This document shows, in pieces, positions 29,169 to 39,901 of a DNA stretch of 64,000 nucleotides. The notes below the pieces were generated by a model, which was not told the origin of the DNA, did not search any database, and saw only the letters and a list, made by a program, of their open reading frames with translations. The stretch's first letter is position 1; every line of letters begins with the position of its first letter. The position numbers and the translations under genes are program-made. The DNA lies in NCBI GenBank assembly GCA_963771465.1, contig CAVYTU010000014.1, positions 416,001-480,000 on the forward strand, given 5' to 3'. The stretch comes from an uncultured delta proteobacterium (GTDB lineage Bacteria; Desulfobacterota; Binatia; UBA9968).

Positions 29169-32100
29169 ATGAGCGTAAAATCCATTCCATCCGAGTTACC
29201 GCGGACACCGTCACTCGTTTCTCGGCTGTTGTTCGTCTTCAACTTTAAGCGGCTCAAAGTTTGGCTCTGGTGGCTGGCTCTCTTTGCGATCATCGCCGCC
29301 TGCGTCTTTATTGAAATCCAGACCTCGCTTTTGCAGTCTTGGTTTTTCACCAGCACCAACGAGCGGATCTTCTATACGCTGCAAGACGGCCGCAGCAGCG
29401 AGATTCTTTTTCCGCGCTCGGCGCCATTCGACGATCGGCGCGGTTACTCGAAGCTGCCAGCGTTTCAGTCCAAGCTGGAAGCCCAAGGCTATAAAGTCCG
29501 TCAACAGACACGGCAGTCGGAAACCATGTTGACGTTCCTGGAGCGCGGCGTGTCGCCGCCGTATATGGAACGGCCCGACACCGGCCTTGAGATCACGGGC
29601 GCCGACGGCGCGCCCCTGTTTCGCTACGCTCAGGCGGACTTTCTCTTCGAAAAATTAAGCGGCATCCCGCCATTGTTGGTAAAAACGTTGCTGTTTCTCG
29701 AAAACCGCGACCTCGACCGTCCAGCCACCTCGTGGCAAAACCCGGTGATCGAATGGGATCGCACTTTCAAAGCGTCGCTCTTCTACATCGGCTCCAAGCT
29801 GCAACTGCCCGTTGCCGCGCAGGGCGGTAGCACGCTTGCCGTTCAGTTGGAAAAGTTTCGCCACTCGCCCAACGGCCGCACCGACAGCCCGGCGGAAAAA
29901 TTGCGCCAAATCGTCGGCGCCAGCCTCAAAGCCTACCGCGAAGGTCCCAACACGCGCGCCTGGCGCGAGCGCATTATTGTCGATTATTTGAACACCGTCC
30001 CGCTAGCGGCGGCGCCGAGCTACGGCGAGATCCATGGCTTGGGCGAAGGTCTCCACGCCTGGTTTGGTATGCAGTTGCGCGACGTCGTTGCCGCGCTCCA
30101 TATGCCGGGCAACAGTCCGGCAAAACTGCGCGCCTTCAAGCACGTGTTAACCCTGCTCATTTCGGTGCGCGCGCCGACGGTTTTCCTAGTCGATGAGCGC
30201 GTCTCGCTGGAAGACAAAGTCGGCCAATTTACCCGGCTCATGGCCCGCGCCGGCATCATCGACTGGGAATTCGCGGCTGAATTGCAACAAATGCCGATCA
30301 AATTCTTGCCCACCGCGCCGCTGCCGCCGCAGCCGTCATCGGTGAAAAACAAAGCCGCCAATGCGATTCGCAACACCATGATGGATTCACTCGGCGTGAC
30401 CAATCTCTACGATCTTAACCGCCTGCATCTGCGGGTCGACAGCAGCATCGACGTACCCTTGCAAAAACGTGTCACGGAATTCTTTGGCCGCTTGGCCGAC
30501 AAACAAGTGGTCGACTCGCTGGGTTTGAACGGCGAGCACATGCTCGAAAACGACGATCCCAGCAAGCTGATCTACTCGTTTCTGTTAGTCGAGGCGACGC
30601 CGGCCGCCAATCTGGTGCGTGTACAGGCGGATAATTTCGCCGCGCCCTTCGATTTTAACAAGAGCGTCAAGCTGGAGCTCGGCAGCACCGCTAAGTTGCG
30701 CACCTTGACTCATTACCTAGAGCTCATTGCCGAGTTGCACAAAGCGTTGTCCGGTCTAGACAACGGCGCCTTGAAGCAGCGGGCAGCGTCCGCGCGCGAT
30801 CCAATGACCAAATGGGCGGCGGAAACCTTGCTCGAAGAGAAGTCGATAGCGTTACAGCCATTCCTCGACAAGGCGATGGCGCGCCGCTACGCGGCCAGTC
30901 CTCATGAAACGTTTTTCACCGGCGGCGGCGTGCATCATTTCGAGAATTTCGACGACAAGGACGATAATCAAATTTTCGAACTGCGCGACGCCTTCCGCAA
31001 CTCGACCAATCTGGTCTTCATCCGCCTGATGCGCGAGCTCGCCCAGTACCATCGCGCCCGTCTGGCCTATAACGCCGATGATGTTCTGAGCAATCCGGCC
31101 AATGCCGACCGGCAGAAAATGCTCCAGGAAATTGCCGAGGAAGAATCCCGCGCCGCGCTACGCCGCGCCTATCAGAACTTCGCCAAGCAGCCGCCTGAAG
31201 AAATCGTCAAACGGCTGCTCGGCGCCAAGGGCCACTTGGAGCGTCGCTTGGCGATCTTGTTTTTCGCTTGGCGTATCGGCAGCGACGAGGAAGCGCTGCG
31301 AGCCTGGCTAACCAAACATCGAGTGAACACCGCGGAGATTGACATGGCGAGACTCTTTCGCGCCTTTCACAATCCGCGCTTGACGCTCATCGATTATGCC
31401 TATTTGCTCGGCCTCCATCCGCTCGATCTTTGGTGCGCCAGCGCTTATCGCAACGATGCCAATCTAACCTGGGAAAAACTTTGGACCGACAGCAGCGAAG
31501 CACGCCGCGTCGGCTCTTCGTGGCTGCTCAGTAATCGCGCCCACCGGGCGCAGGATTTGCGCCTGCGTATTCGCATGGAGAAAGACGCTTTCAACCGCAT
31601 GGCGCCCTACTGGCAAGGGCTCGGCTTTCCGTTCAAAACGTTGGTGCCAACCTACGCTACCGCGATCGGCAGTTCATCGGATCGTCCCGTGGCGCTGGCG
31701 GAATTGGTCGGCATCTTGGTCAACGACGGGGTGCGCCGCCCGGCTTCAAGCCTGACCAAAGTCCATTTCGCCGGCAACACCCCTTACGAAACCGTGCTCG
31801 AACCAAGCCAGCCCAAAGGCGAGCGGGTGCTAGCCGTCGAAGTCGCCCGCACCGTGCGCCGAGCCATGGCGACCGTCGTCGAGCAAGGCACCGCACGCCG
31901 CCTGAACGGCGCCTTTAAATTATCCTCTGGCGAAGTCGTCACAGCCGGCGGCAAGACCGGTTCCGGCGACAACCGCTTCGAAACATTCAATCGTGCCGGC
32001 GCCGTCGTCAGCTCGCGCGCGACCAATCGTACCGCGACATTCGTCTTTTACATCGGCGAGCGCTACTACGGCGTGATTACCGCCTACGTCCAGGGCCGGG

Positions 32101-32294
32101 AGGCGGGCAACTATCACTTCACCAGCGGACTGCCCGTAACAATCTTGAAACTGCTCGCCCCGGCGATCGTCGCCCGGCTGGAAAATAAACCGCTGGTGCA
32201 GCCGGCGACAGCGCCAGCCCAGGTAATGCCAGCCGACGTGCGGGCGCAAACCATCGTATTCGCCTTCAAGTCACCTCGTTCCCACGCTCAGTAA
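29169..32294 (+). CDS. large bifunctional transglycosylase/transpeptidase (class A PBP-like, GT51)
   Basis: N-terminal TM; LLFLENR, QGGSTLAVQLEK, YLN; transpeptidase STAK, STN, KTG. Confidence 0.85.
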   Translation: MSVKSIPSELPRTPSLVSRLLFVFNFKRLKVWLWWLALFAIIAACVFIEIQTSLLQSWFFTSTNERIFYTLQDGRSSEILFPRSAPFDDRRGYSKLPAFQSKLEAQGYKVRQQTRQSETMLTFLERGVSPPYMERPDTGLEITGADGAPLFRYAQADFLFEKLSGIPPLLVKTLLFLENRDLDRPATSWQNPVIEWDRTFKASLFYIGSKLQLPVAAQGGSTLAVQLEKFRHSPNGRTDSPAEKLRQIVGASLKAYREGPNTRAWRERIIVDYLNTVPLAAAPSYGEIHGLGEGLHAWFGMQLRDVVAALHMPGNSPAKLRAFKHVLTLLISVRAPTVFLVDERVSLEDKVGQFTRLMARAGIIDWEFAAELQQMPIKFLPTAPLPPQPSSVKNKAANAIRNTMMDSLGVTNLYDLNRLHLRVDSSIDVPLQKRVTEFFGRLADKQVVDSLGLNGEHMLENDDPSKLIYSFLLVEATPAANLVRVQADNFAAPFDFNKSVKLELGSTAKLRTLTHYLELIAELHKALSGLDNGALKQRAASARDPMTKWAAETLLEEKSIALQPFLDKAMARRYAASPHETFFTGGGVHHFENFDDKDDNQIFELRDAFRNSTNLVFIRLMRELAQYHRARLAYNADDVLSNPANADRQKMLQEIAEEESRAALRRAYQNFAKQPPEEIVKRLLGAKGHLERRLAILFFAWRIGSDEEALRAWLTKHRVNTAEIDMARLFRAFHNPRLTLIDYAYLLGLHPLDLWCASAYRNDANLTWEKLWTDSSEARRVGSSWLLSNRAHRAQDLRLRIRMEKDAFNRMAPYWQGLGFPFKTLVPTYATAIGSSSDRPVALAELVGILVNDGVRRPASSLTKVHFAGNTPYETVLEPSQPKGERVLAVEVARTVRRAMATVVEQGTARRLNGAFKLSSGEVVTAGGKTGSGDNRFETFNRAGAVVSSRATNRTATFVFYIGERYYGVITAYVQGREAGNYHFTSGLPVTILKLLAPAIVARLENKPLVQPATAPAQVMPADVRAQTIVFAFKSPRSHAQ

Positions 32295-32339
32295 GCAGTG
32301 ATTCGCCGTCGCACGACAACAATCAGCGCTGATCTTTTT

Positions 32340-32367
32340 TGAAATGTGAAATCTGTAATTTGAAATT
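32340..32367 (+). repeat. 7-mer array x4 (TGAAATG TGAAATC TGTAATT TGAAATT)
   Basis: Read directly between the convergent PBP and queE genes. Confidence 0.75.
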
Positions 32368-32389
32368 CGTGATGCCGTGCCGCGCAGCA

Positions 32390-33076
32390 TCACGTGCCGC
32401 GCCGATGACCGAACAGCTGAATATGCAAACGCGGCGTATAGCTGAAGCCGTGCTGCTTGCACAGCTCGACGATCCACTGCGCTTTTCGATTTAACTCCCG
32501 GTTCGCCGTCCCCTGCGCCATGATCATGACGCGCGCCGGATCGATATTGCGCAATTGATTTAAAATCTCGCCAATCTCAGCGAAATCTTCCCGCGCTTCG
32601 ACAACGAATTTGAGCTGATAATCATAGGCGTCGAGATAATTTTGAATGACGGCCAAATTCAGCCGGCGCCGCTCATGCATGGCGGCAAATTTTCCCCGCG
32701 CCCTTTTCCACGGCGTCGAGTTTGCCAACTTCGGACTCATGGAAATGAGATCGGCAGTCAACGGCTGGTAAATCGTCGCCGCGGTTTCGATGGTGATATG
32801 CGCACCGCTTTGCTTGACCTGCCGCGTCAGCTCGCCCATTTCCGCCGCCAACAGCGGCTCGCCGCCGGTGATGACCACATGGCGAGCGGGATAGTTGTCA
32901 ATTTCGCGGAGAATTTTTGGCAGACTCCAAGGCTTTCCTTGCGGCTGCCACGACGTGTAGGGCGTGTCGCACCAAACACAACGCAGATTGCAGCCGGAGG
33001 TGCGAATGAAAACCGACGGCACGCCGAGCAGCCGGCCTTCCCCCTGAATGGAATAAAAAATTTCACTGATGTGCAC
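32390..33076 (-). CDS. queE: 7-carboxy-7-deazaguanine synthase QueE
   Basis: EIFYSIQGEG, GCNLRCVWCDT, ITGGEP, SPKL, PRLH. Confidence 0.9.
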   Translation of the reverse strand: MHISEIFYSIQGEGRLLGVPSVFIRTSGCNLRCVWCDTPYTSWQPQGKPWSLPKILREIDNYPARHVVITGGEPLLAAEMGELTRQVKQSGAHITIETAATIYQPLTADLISMSPKLANSTPWKRARGKFAAMHERRRLNLAVIQNYLDAYDYQLKFVVEAREDFAEIGEILNQLRNIDPARVMIMAQGTANRELNRKAQWIVELCKQHGFSYTPRLHIQLFGHRRGT

Positions 33077-33199
33077 GGCGCCACAGTAACAGAGGGAAAG
33101 CGGAGGCGAAAGTGATTGATATCAACCTTGATTCACCTATGCCGTGTGGTAGACGTGATAGGTTAGCGCGAGCGGAAATATCGCCGCACCGTACACGGC

Positions 33200-33460
33200 A
33201 TGGCAAAATACATGGCTTCGATGGCGGATCAAGAAGCATTGTTGGCGGAAGAAAAAAAACTGCGCCGCTTGGGCCGGGCGATGGATGTGGCCGTGACGCT
33301 GCTCTGGAAGGTCAATCTCACGCTCGAAGAAGCGCAGGATGTCATCCATCACGCCAAGCGCACGGCGCTGCAACTCTTCCCCGACAAAGAAGACACCTTC
33401 GATCTGATTTACGGCCCGCGCTTTCGCCGCGTCCTCGTCGAAAAATATCGATTGCCATAG
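33200..33460 (+). CDS. small hypothetical protein upstream of uvrA
   Basis: 86-aa helical ORF (LFPDKEDTFDLIYGPRFRRV) with host-like codon use, 9 nt before uvrA. Confidence 0.7.
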   Translation: MAKYMASMADQEALLAEEKKLRRLGRAMDVAVTLLWKVNLTLEEAQDVIHHAKRTALQLFPDKEDTFDLIYGPRFRRVLVEKYRLP

Positions 33461-33469
33461 AGCTCGCTC

Positions 33470-36400
33470 ATGAACGGAAAAGCGATTCACATCCGCGGCG
33501 CCAAGCAGAACAATCTCAAGAATCTCGACATCGAGATTCCGCTCAACCAACTGACCGTCGTCACCGGTGTCAGTGGCTCGGGTAAATCGACGTTAGCCTT
33601 CGACATTCTCTATGCTGAAGGTCAGCGCCGCTACGTCGAAAGCTTTTCCGCCTACGCTCGGCAATTTCTCGATAGGATGGACAAGCCCGACGTCGAGAGC
33701 ATCGAAGGCATCCCGCCGACCATCGCCATCGACCAGAGCCGGCCGGTGCGCACCTCGCGCTCCACCGTCGGCACCATGACCGAGCTGCACGACCATTTCA
33801 AATTGCTGTTCGCCAAGATCGCCGTGCTCTATTGCCGCGGCTGTGAGCGCGTGGTCGAACGCGACACGGCGCAGTCGGTGTTTAATAAGCTGACGGCAAT
33901 GGCCGACGGCACGGCGATGGTTTTAGCGTTTCCGTTGCCACCCTCATCAGTGGCGTGGGACGAAGTGCGCAACGGTCTGCGTCAAGCCGGTTTTCACCGG
34001 CTTTTGATCGATAAAAGCCTTCGCGAGCTTGACGAAGTCACCCACGCGCCGGCAAAAAAGGAAACCTTGCAAGTCGTCGTCGATCGTTTCGCTTTTCGGC
34101 CGCAGAACAAAAAACGCATCACTGACTCATTAGAACAGGCGTTTCACTACGGCAAAGGACGCTTGAATTTGTTTTTGCCTGAGCAAGAGTGGCGCCGCGA
34201 GCCGTTCAGCAATCATCTGCATTGCCCGCACTGCGATATTTCTTACCGCGATCCGGTGCCCAATCTGTTTTCCTTTAACAGCCCACTCGGCGCCTGCGAA
34301 ACCTGCCGCGGTTTCGGCCGGATCATCGACATCGATCTCGATTTAGTCATTCCCGATCCCGGCAAATGGCTCAGCGACGGCGCGATCCGGCCGTGGATCA
34401 ACCGCAAGCGCAGGGTCAAACGCCTACTCGACTACTGCGAGAGCAAAAAAATCCCCAGCAAAAAACCCTGGGGCGAGTTGAGCGACGCACAAAGATTACT
34501 GATCATCGACGGCGACGGCGAGTATCGCGGCATCCGCGGCTGGTTCCGCCGCCTCGAGCGGCGCAGCTACCGCATGCACGTGCGCGTGCTACTGGCGCGC
34601 TACCGGGCGTATTTAATGTGTCCGGAATGCCAAGGCAGCCGGCTCAAAGCCGACGCATTGAATTATCGCATCGACGGCAAAGATATCGCGCAAGTAAACG
34701 CGCTGAGCGTCGGCGCCGCCCATGAATTTTTTCAGAAACTGAAACCCGCCGGCGCCCTCGACCAAGTGGCGAGCTTGATCCTCGCCGAGATTCGCCGGCG
34801 CCTCGGCTATCTCGTCGGCGTCGGTTTGGAATATCTCACACTGGACCGCCAATCGCGCACGCTTTCCGGCGGCGAGCTGGAGCGCGTCGACCTGACCACC
34901 GCCATCGGCTCGTCTCTGGTGAATACTCTTTACGTCCTCGACGAACCGTCCATCGGCTTACATCCGCGTGACAGCCGGCGTCTGGTGGAAATTCTCCATC
35001 GCCTACGCGCCAATCAGAATACTGTGGTTGTCGTCGAGCATGATCCGGAGATCATCAAGGAGTGCGATCACATCATAGATCTTGGGCCGAAAGCCGGCGA
35101 GCAAGGCGGCGAGATCATGTTCGCCGGCTCGTATAAAGAGCTGTTGAAAGACGAGAACTCGCTCACCGCGGCGTACTTGAGCCAGCGCAAGACCATTCCG
35201 TTTCCGCCTCGCAATCGCAAACCGCTGCTGCAACGCTCGCTCAAAATCACCGGCGCCCGCGCCAATAATTTAAAAAACATCGACATCGAAATTCCCCTCG
35301 GCGTGCTGGTCTGCATCACCGGCGTATCGGGCTCGGGCAAATCGAGCCTGGTGGACGAGGTGCTGTCGCGCAATTTGAAAAAACTCAAGGAAGCGCCCAC
35401 GGCCAACATCACCGACTGTGAGAAGATCGAAGGGGTCGACAAGATCTCCGAAGTGGTGCTGGTCGATCAATCGCCGGTGGGTACCACGCCGCGGTCCAAC
35501 CCGGCGACCTACATGAAAGCGTTCGACGGCATTCGCCGGCTGTTCGCCAGTGCCGATTTGTCGCGCCTGCGCGGTTATACGCCGTCGACTTTTTCTTTCA
35601 ACGTCGAAGGCGGCCGCTGTGAAACTTGCCGCGGCGAGGGTTTTGAAAAAGTCGAGATGCAGTTTCTCTCCGACGTTTATACCTCCTGCCCGGAGTGCCA
35701 CGGCAGCCGCTACCGCGAAGAAGTTCTCGAAGTGGCCTATCGCGGCAAAAGTATCCGCCAGGTGCTCGATCTCACCATCGCCGACGCACTGGAGTTTTTC
35801 AAAGACACGGCGGAGGTCAAAAATGCGCTTTATCCGCTGCGCGCCGTCGGCTTGGAATATGTCCGCCTGGGTCAACCGCTGACGACGCTTTCCGGCGGCG
35901 AATCGCAGCGCTTGAAACTCGCCGCTCATATGGCGCGGGCGAAAAAGGCGGGAACGCTGTTTATTTTCGATGAGCCGACCACTGGCCTCCACTTCCACGA
36001 CATCGAGCGCTTGCTTTGGGCGTTTAACGAACTGATCGATCAAGGCCACTCCATCGTCGTCATCGAGCATAATTTGGAAGTCGTCAAATGCGCCGATCAC
36101 GTCATCGATCTCGGCCCGGAAGGCGGCGACAAAGGCGGGGAGATCGTGGCAACGGGAACGCCGGCTGAAATCGCCGCGGTTGAGCGCTCGTACACCGGCG
36201 TTTATCTGCGGCCCTATTTGAACCGAAACGTTTCGCCCTTCGCGCCGGTTTTGGAAAAACCCGCGGCGCTACCATCGGTCAATGACGGCATCGACGATCA
36301 TTCCATCACCATCGTCGGCGCCAAGGAGCACAATCTCAAAAATATCAGCGTCAACATTCCGCGGGACCGTTTCATTGTTTTCACCGGCTTGAGCGGTTCG

Positions 36401-39148
36401 GGCAAGTCATCCCTGGCCTTCGACATCGTCTATGCCGAAGGCCAGCGCCGCTACATCGACAGTCTGTCCGCTTACGCGCGCCAGTTCCTCGAAGTGATGG
36501 CGCGCCCCAACGTCGACTATGTCGCGGGCATCCCGCCGACGGTCGCCATCGAGCAGCGCTTGAGCCAAGGCGGTAAAAAATCCACCGTCGCCACGGTGAC
36601 GGAAATCTATCATTACCTGCGCCTGCTCTACGCGAAGATCGGCAAGCAACATTGCGTCAACTGCGGCCGGCCGATTCACGCGCTCACGCGCAGCCAGATT
36701 CTCGACCGCATCGGCCGCGCCTATCGCGGCAAAGACGTGATGGTGTTGAGCCCGCTGGTGCGCGGCCGCAAAGGCTTTCATAAAGAAGTCATCGCCGGCG
36801 CGCGCCGTTTGGGCTACCGCCGCGCCCGCATCGACGGAAAATTGGTGGACTTGCGCGCGCCGGAATTAACCAACGGCTTGGAGCGCTTCAAAGAGCACAA
36901 CATCGATATCGTCATTGGCAAAACCAAGGCCGGCGGGCGCGAAGTCGAAGCGATGATCGATCAAGGTCTGCGCTTGGGCAACGGCGTCATTCACTTGATC
37001 TCCGAGCGCGGCGAGCAGATTTTCAACCAGCGGCTTTTTTGCCTTGGTTGCGGCATCGGCTACGAGCCCCTCGACCCACGGCTGTTTTCATTCAATAGCC
37101 AGCAGGGCGCGTGCAGGGAATGTGCCGGCATGGGTTTTACATTCGATTTCGATCCCAATTTGATTTTTGCCGACCCGCGCCGCCCGCTCAAAGACGCCCT
37201 CAGCGGCATCACCGCCGGCTCTTCGGTCAACGGCTCCGAGATCGAGCGCGCCATGCAGCGGTTGTTAGAAAAGTTAGAAGATGACCACGACGTGGATATC
37301 GCGAAACCCTTTGCGAAACTGCCGAATAAAACCCAAGAAGAGATACTCAACGGCGGCAAAGGCCGCGGCGCTTTCGTCGGCCTAGTGCCCTATTTGAAAG
37401 AACTCTCGGCTGCACGCGATGAAAATGACGCCAATGAACTCGACGATCTCATGACGGAAATACCCTGCGCCGCTTGCCACGGCCGCCGCCTCAATCAGCG
37501 CGCCCAAGCGGTCAAGGTCGAAGGCAAAGCGATCTGGGAGATCACCGAGCTCGCCGTTGACGACGCCCGCAAATATTTTACTAAGCTCGATCTCTCACAT
37601 GGCGACAACGGCAACGCCGCGCGCGATCAAGCGGTGGCGGATAAAATTCTGCGGGAAATTCAGCAGCGTTTGAATTTTCTCTCCGAGGTCGGCTTGCCGT
37701 ATCTAACCCTCGACCGGCGCGCCGATACGCTCTCCGGCGGCGAGGCCCAGCGCATTCGTCTGGCGGCACAGTTGGGCTCCAACCTGCGCGGCGTTTGTTA
37801 CATCCTCGACGAACCGACCATCGGCCTGCACCCGCGCGACAACGCCATGCTGCTGAAAACCTTGCGCCGGCTCGAACAATTGGGCAACAGCGTGCTTGTG
37901 GTCGAGCATGACGAAGCGACGATTCAGTCGGCCGATCTGATCATTGACTTGGGACCCGGCGCCGGCGTCCACGGCGGCAACGTGGTTTCCATCGGCACGC
38001 CGGCGGAAATTCGAAACAATCCCGATTCGCCGACCGGCGCCTATCTGCGCTCGGAGCGGAAACGTCTTGGACCCAAGCGCGAGCTCACCAAATCCAAGTG
38101 GCTCACCATCCACGGCGCCAAAGCGCATAATTTAAAGAACCTCGACGTCAAAATTCCCCTTGGCATGTGGAGCTGCATCACCGGCATCTCCGGCTCGGGC
38201 AAGAGCACGCTGGTCAGAGAAGTGCTTTACAAAGGCATCAAGCTGCTGCTCGGCCAATTCGCCGGCCGGCCCGGACAACACAAGGAAATCGCCGGCTGGA
38301 AGGCGATCGAACGGATCGTCGAGGTCGACCAAACGCCCATCGGCAAGACGCCGCGCTCGGTGCCGGCGTCCTACATCGGCGTGTTGGATGAAATTCGCAA
38401 GCTCTATGCGTTGGCGCCCGAAGCGCGCTTGCGCGGTTACACCGCCAGCCGTTTTTCATTTAATGTCAAAGGCGGCCGCTGCGAGGAGTGCGCCGGCCAA
38501 GGCAAGATTCGTAAAGAGATGAGTTTTCTCCCCGACGTATTCATCGACTGCGAAGCCTGCAACGGCCAGCGTTTCAACGACGAAACGCTGAGCATTCGCT
38601 ACAACGAAAAAAATATCTTCGACGTGTTTTGTCTGACCGTGGAAGAAGCCGTGCCGTTCTTCCACGCTTTTCCGAAAATCTACCGACCGCTCAAGATACT
38701 CGATGACATCGGCATGGGCTACATCAATCTCGGCCAAGCGAGCAACACCCTCTCCGGCGGCGAAGCCCAGCGCATCAAGCTCGCTTACGAGCTCGGCAAG
38801 GAATCCCGCGGCACGACGCTCTACGTGCTCGACGAGCCGACCACGGGGCTGCATTTCCTCGACGTGGAAAAGTTGATTCACATCCTCCATCGCCTGGTCG
38901 ACATGGGCAACACGGTGGTGACCATCGAGCATAACCTGGACATCGTCAAAGACGCCGACTACATCGTCGATCTCGGCCCCGAAGGCGGCGAGCAAGGCGG
39001 TCAGTTAGTCGCCTGCGGTACGCCGATGGACGTGATCAAAGACGGCAGGAAGTCTTATACGGCGCGTTTTCTGCGCGAGTATTTGACCGGTGGCGCCAAC
39101 GCACCAGCGCCGGCGCGTAAACCGTCGCGCCATAGAGTGACCGCGTAA
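33470..39148 (+). CDS. uvrA: double-length (tandem fused) excinuclease ABC subunit UvrA
   Basis: Four Walker A motifs (GVSGSGKS twice, GLSGSGKS, GISGSGKS), four LSGGE and DEP motifs, CxxC zinc fingers, two YAEGQRRY motifs. Confidence 0.95.
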   Translation: MNGKAIHIRGAKQNNLKNLDIEIPLNQLTVVTGVSGSGKSTLAFDILYAEGQRRYVESFSAYARQFLDRMDKPDVESIEGIPPTIAIDQSRPVRTSRSTVGTMTELHDHFKLLFAKIAVLYCRGCERVVERDTAQSVFNKLTAMADGTAMVLAFPLPPSSVAWDEVRNGLRQAGFHRLLIDKSLRELDEVTHAPAKKETLQVVVDRFAFRPQNKKRITDSLEQAFHYGKGRLNLFLPEQEWRREPFSNHLHCPHCDISYRDPVPNLFSFNSPLGACETCRGFGRIIDIDLDLVIPDPGKWLSDGAIRPWINRKRRVKRLLDYCESKKIPSKKPWGELSDAQRLLIIDGDGEYRGIRGWFRRLERRSYRMHVRVLLARYRAYLMCPECQGSRLKADALNYRIDGKDIAQVNALSVGAAHEFFQKLKPAGALDQVASLILAEIRRRLGYLVGVGLEYLTLDRQSRTLSGGELERVDLTTAIGSSLVNTLYVLDEPSIGLHPRDSRRLVEILHRLRANQNTVVVVEHDPEIIKECDHIIDLGPKAGEQGGEIMFAGSYKELLKDENSLTAAYLSQRKTIPFPPRNRKPLLQRSLKITGARANNLKNIDIEIPLGVLVCITGVSGSGKSSLVDEVLSRNLKKLKEAPTANITDCEKIEGVDKISEVVLVDQSPVGTTPRSNPATYMKAFDGIRRLFASADLSRLRGYTPSTFSFNVEGGRCETCRGEGFEKVEMQFLSDVYTSCPECHGSRYREEVLEVAYRGKSIRQVLDLTIADALEFFKDTAEVKNALYPLRAVGLEYVRLGQPLTTLSGGESQRLKLAAHMARAKKAGTLFIFDEPTTGLHFHDIERLLWAFNELIDQGHSIVVIEHNLEVVKCADHVIDLGPEGGDKGGEIVATGTPAEIAAVERSYTGVYLRPYLNRNVSPFAPVLEKPAALPSVNDGIDDHSITIVGAKEHNLKNISVNIPRDRFIVFTGLSGSGKSSLAFDIVYAEGQRRYIDSLSAYARQFLEVMARPNVDYVAGIPPTVAIEQRLSQGGKKSTVATVTEIYHYLRLLYAKIGKQHCVNCGRPIHALTRSQILDRIGRAYRGKDVMVLSPLVRGRKGFHKEVIAGARRLGYRRARIDGKLVDLRAPELTNGLERFKEHNIDIVIGKTKAGGREVEAMIDQGLRLGNGVIHLISERGEQIFNQRLFCLGCGIGYEPLDPRLFSFNSQQGACRECAGMGFTFDFDPNLIFADPRRPLKDALSGITAGSSVNGSEIERAMQRLLEKLEDDHDVDIAKPFAKLPNKTQEEILNGGKGRGAFVGLVPYLKELSAARDENDANELDDLMTEIPCAACHGRRLNQRAQAVKVEGKAIWEITELAVDDARKYFTKLDLSHGDNGNAARDQAVADKILREIQQRLNFLSEVGLPYLTLDRRADTLSGGEAQRIRLAAQLGSNLRGVCYILDEPTIGLHPRDNAMLLKTLRRLEQLGNSVLVVEHDEATIQSADLIIDLGPGAGVHGGNVVSIGTPAEIRNNPDSPTGAYLRSERKRLGPKRELTKSKWLTIHGAKAHNLKNLDVKIPLGMWSCITGISGSGKSTLVREVLYKGIKLLLGQFAGRPGQHKEIAGWKAIERIVEVDQTPIGKTPRSVPASYIGVLDEIRKLYALAPEARLRGYTASRFSFNVKGGRCEECAGQGKIRKEMSFLPDVFIDCEACNGQRFNDETLSIRYNEKNIFDVFCLTVEEAVPFFHAFPKIYRPLKILDDIGMGYINLGQASNTLSGGEAQRIKLAYELGKESRGTTLYVLDEPTTGLHFLDVEKLIHILHRLVDMGNTVVTIEHNLDIVKDADYIVDLGPEGGEQGGQLVACGTPMDVIKDGRKSYTARFLREYLTGGANAPAPARKPSRHRVTA

Positions 39149-39149
39149 C

Positions 39150-39542
39150 GTGGCGGCGAGAATCTTTCGCATGCTCGGCCATGGCCTGCAGCTGCGCTGC
39201 CCGCGCTGCGGCCAGGCATCGCTCTACGGCAAACCGTTCAAGATGAATGAGCATTGTGACAATTGCGCGCTAAAGTTCGAACGAGAACAAGGCTACTTCG
39301 TCGGCGCCATCTACATCAACTACGCCGCCACCATCGCCATCGCCGTCCCCGGCTTCTTTCTCCTCGACGCCTTCACCGACATCTCCATCAATCAGCAGCT
39401 CGCTATCTGGGTGCCCTTCGCCGTGATCTTTCCGCTAATCTTTTTCCATCACTCGAGAAGCTTGTGGCTGGTGCTCGATCATTTCTTCAACCCGCCGGAA
39501 AATCTCTACAGCGTCCCGCCGAAAAACTCCCCTCGCTCCTAA
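39150..39542 (+). CDS. DUF983 family zinc-ribbon membrane protein
   Basis: RCPRCGQ.LY...CDNC, REQGYFVGAIYINY, two TM helices. Confidence 0.8.
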   Translation: MAARIFRMLGHGLQLRCPRCGQASLYGKPFKMNEHCDNCALKFEREQGYFVGAIYINYAATIAIAVPGFFLLDAFTDISINQQLAIWVPFAVIFPLIFFHHSRSLWLVLDHFFNPPENLYSVPPKNSPRS

Positions 39543-39546
39543 CCGC

Positions 39547-39876
39547 TCATGCACTAATCCGCCGCTGACACTCAATCGCTTTCATCGCCCACTGACTTAA
39601 CTCATCCGCGTCCTCGATAACATCTGCCGGCACTTGATAATAACTCTTGAGCGTTTGCTTGGCGTTGGGGCGAAACGCTTTCATTTTCCGCTTGCGGTAC
39701 TCGCCAATCGTAGATTCATCGATCTTGAAAAATAGCTTGCCCTTATGAACGATGCCGAAGAAAGTTTCGTTTTGGTAGAGACCGAATCCACCGAACATGC
39801 GACGCCCTTCGACGTCGTCCATTCTCACGAGCTGATCCAGGACAAAATCTTTGAACGATTCGTCTTTAGCGTTCAT
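39547..39876 (-). CDS. TfoX/Sxy N-terminal domain protein
   Basis: RRMFGGFGLY...FFGIV...LFFK, SYYQVPADVIED; ATG at 39876. Confidence 0.85.
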   Translation of the reverse strand: MNAKDESFKDFVLDQLVRMDDVEGRRMFGGFGLYQNETFFGIVHKGKLFFKIDESTIGEYRKRKMKAFRPNAKQTLKSYYQVPADVIEDADELSQWAMKAIECQRRISA

Positions 39877-39901
39877 CGCTCCGCGCTTTCTCCTTCCTAA
39901 A

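Noticed and set aside
32390-33076. queE as part of a dpd 7-deazaguanine DNA-modification island
   Set aside because: No dpdA/tgt-like, queC, queD or folE genes adjacent; housekeeping queuosine synthesis is simpler.
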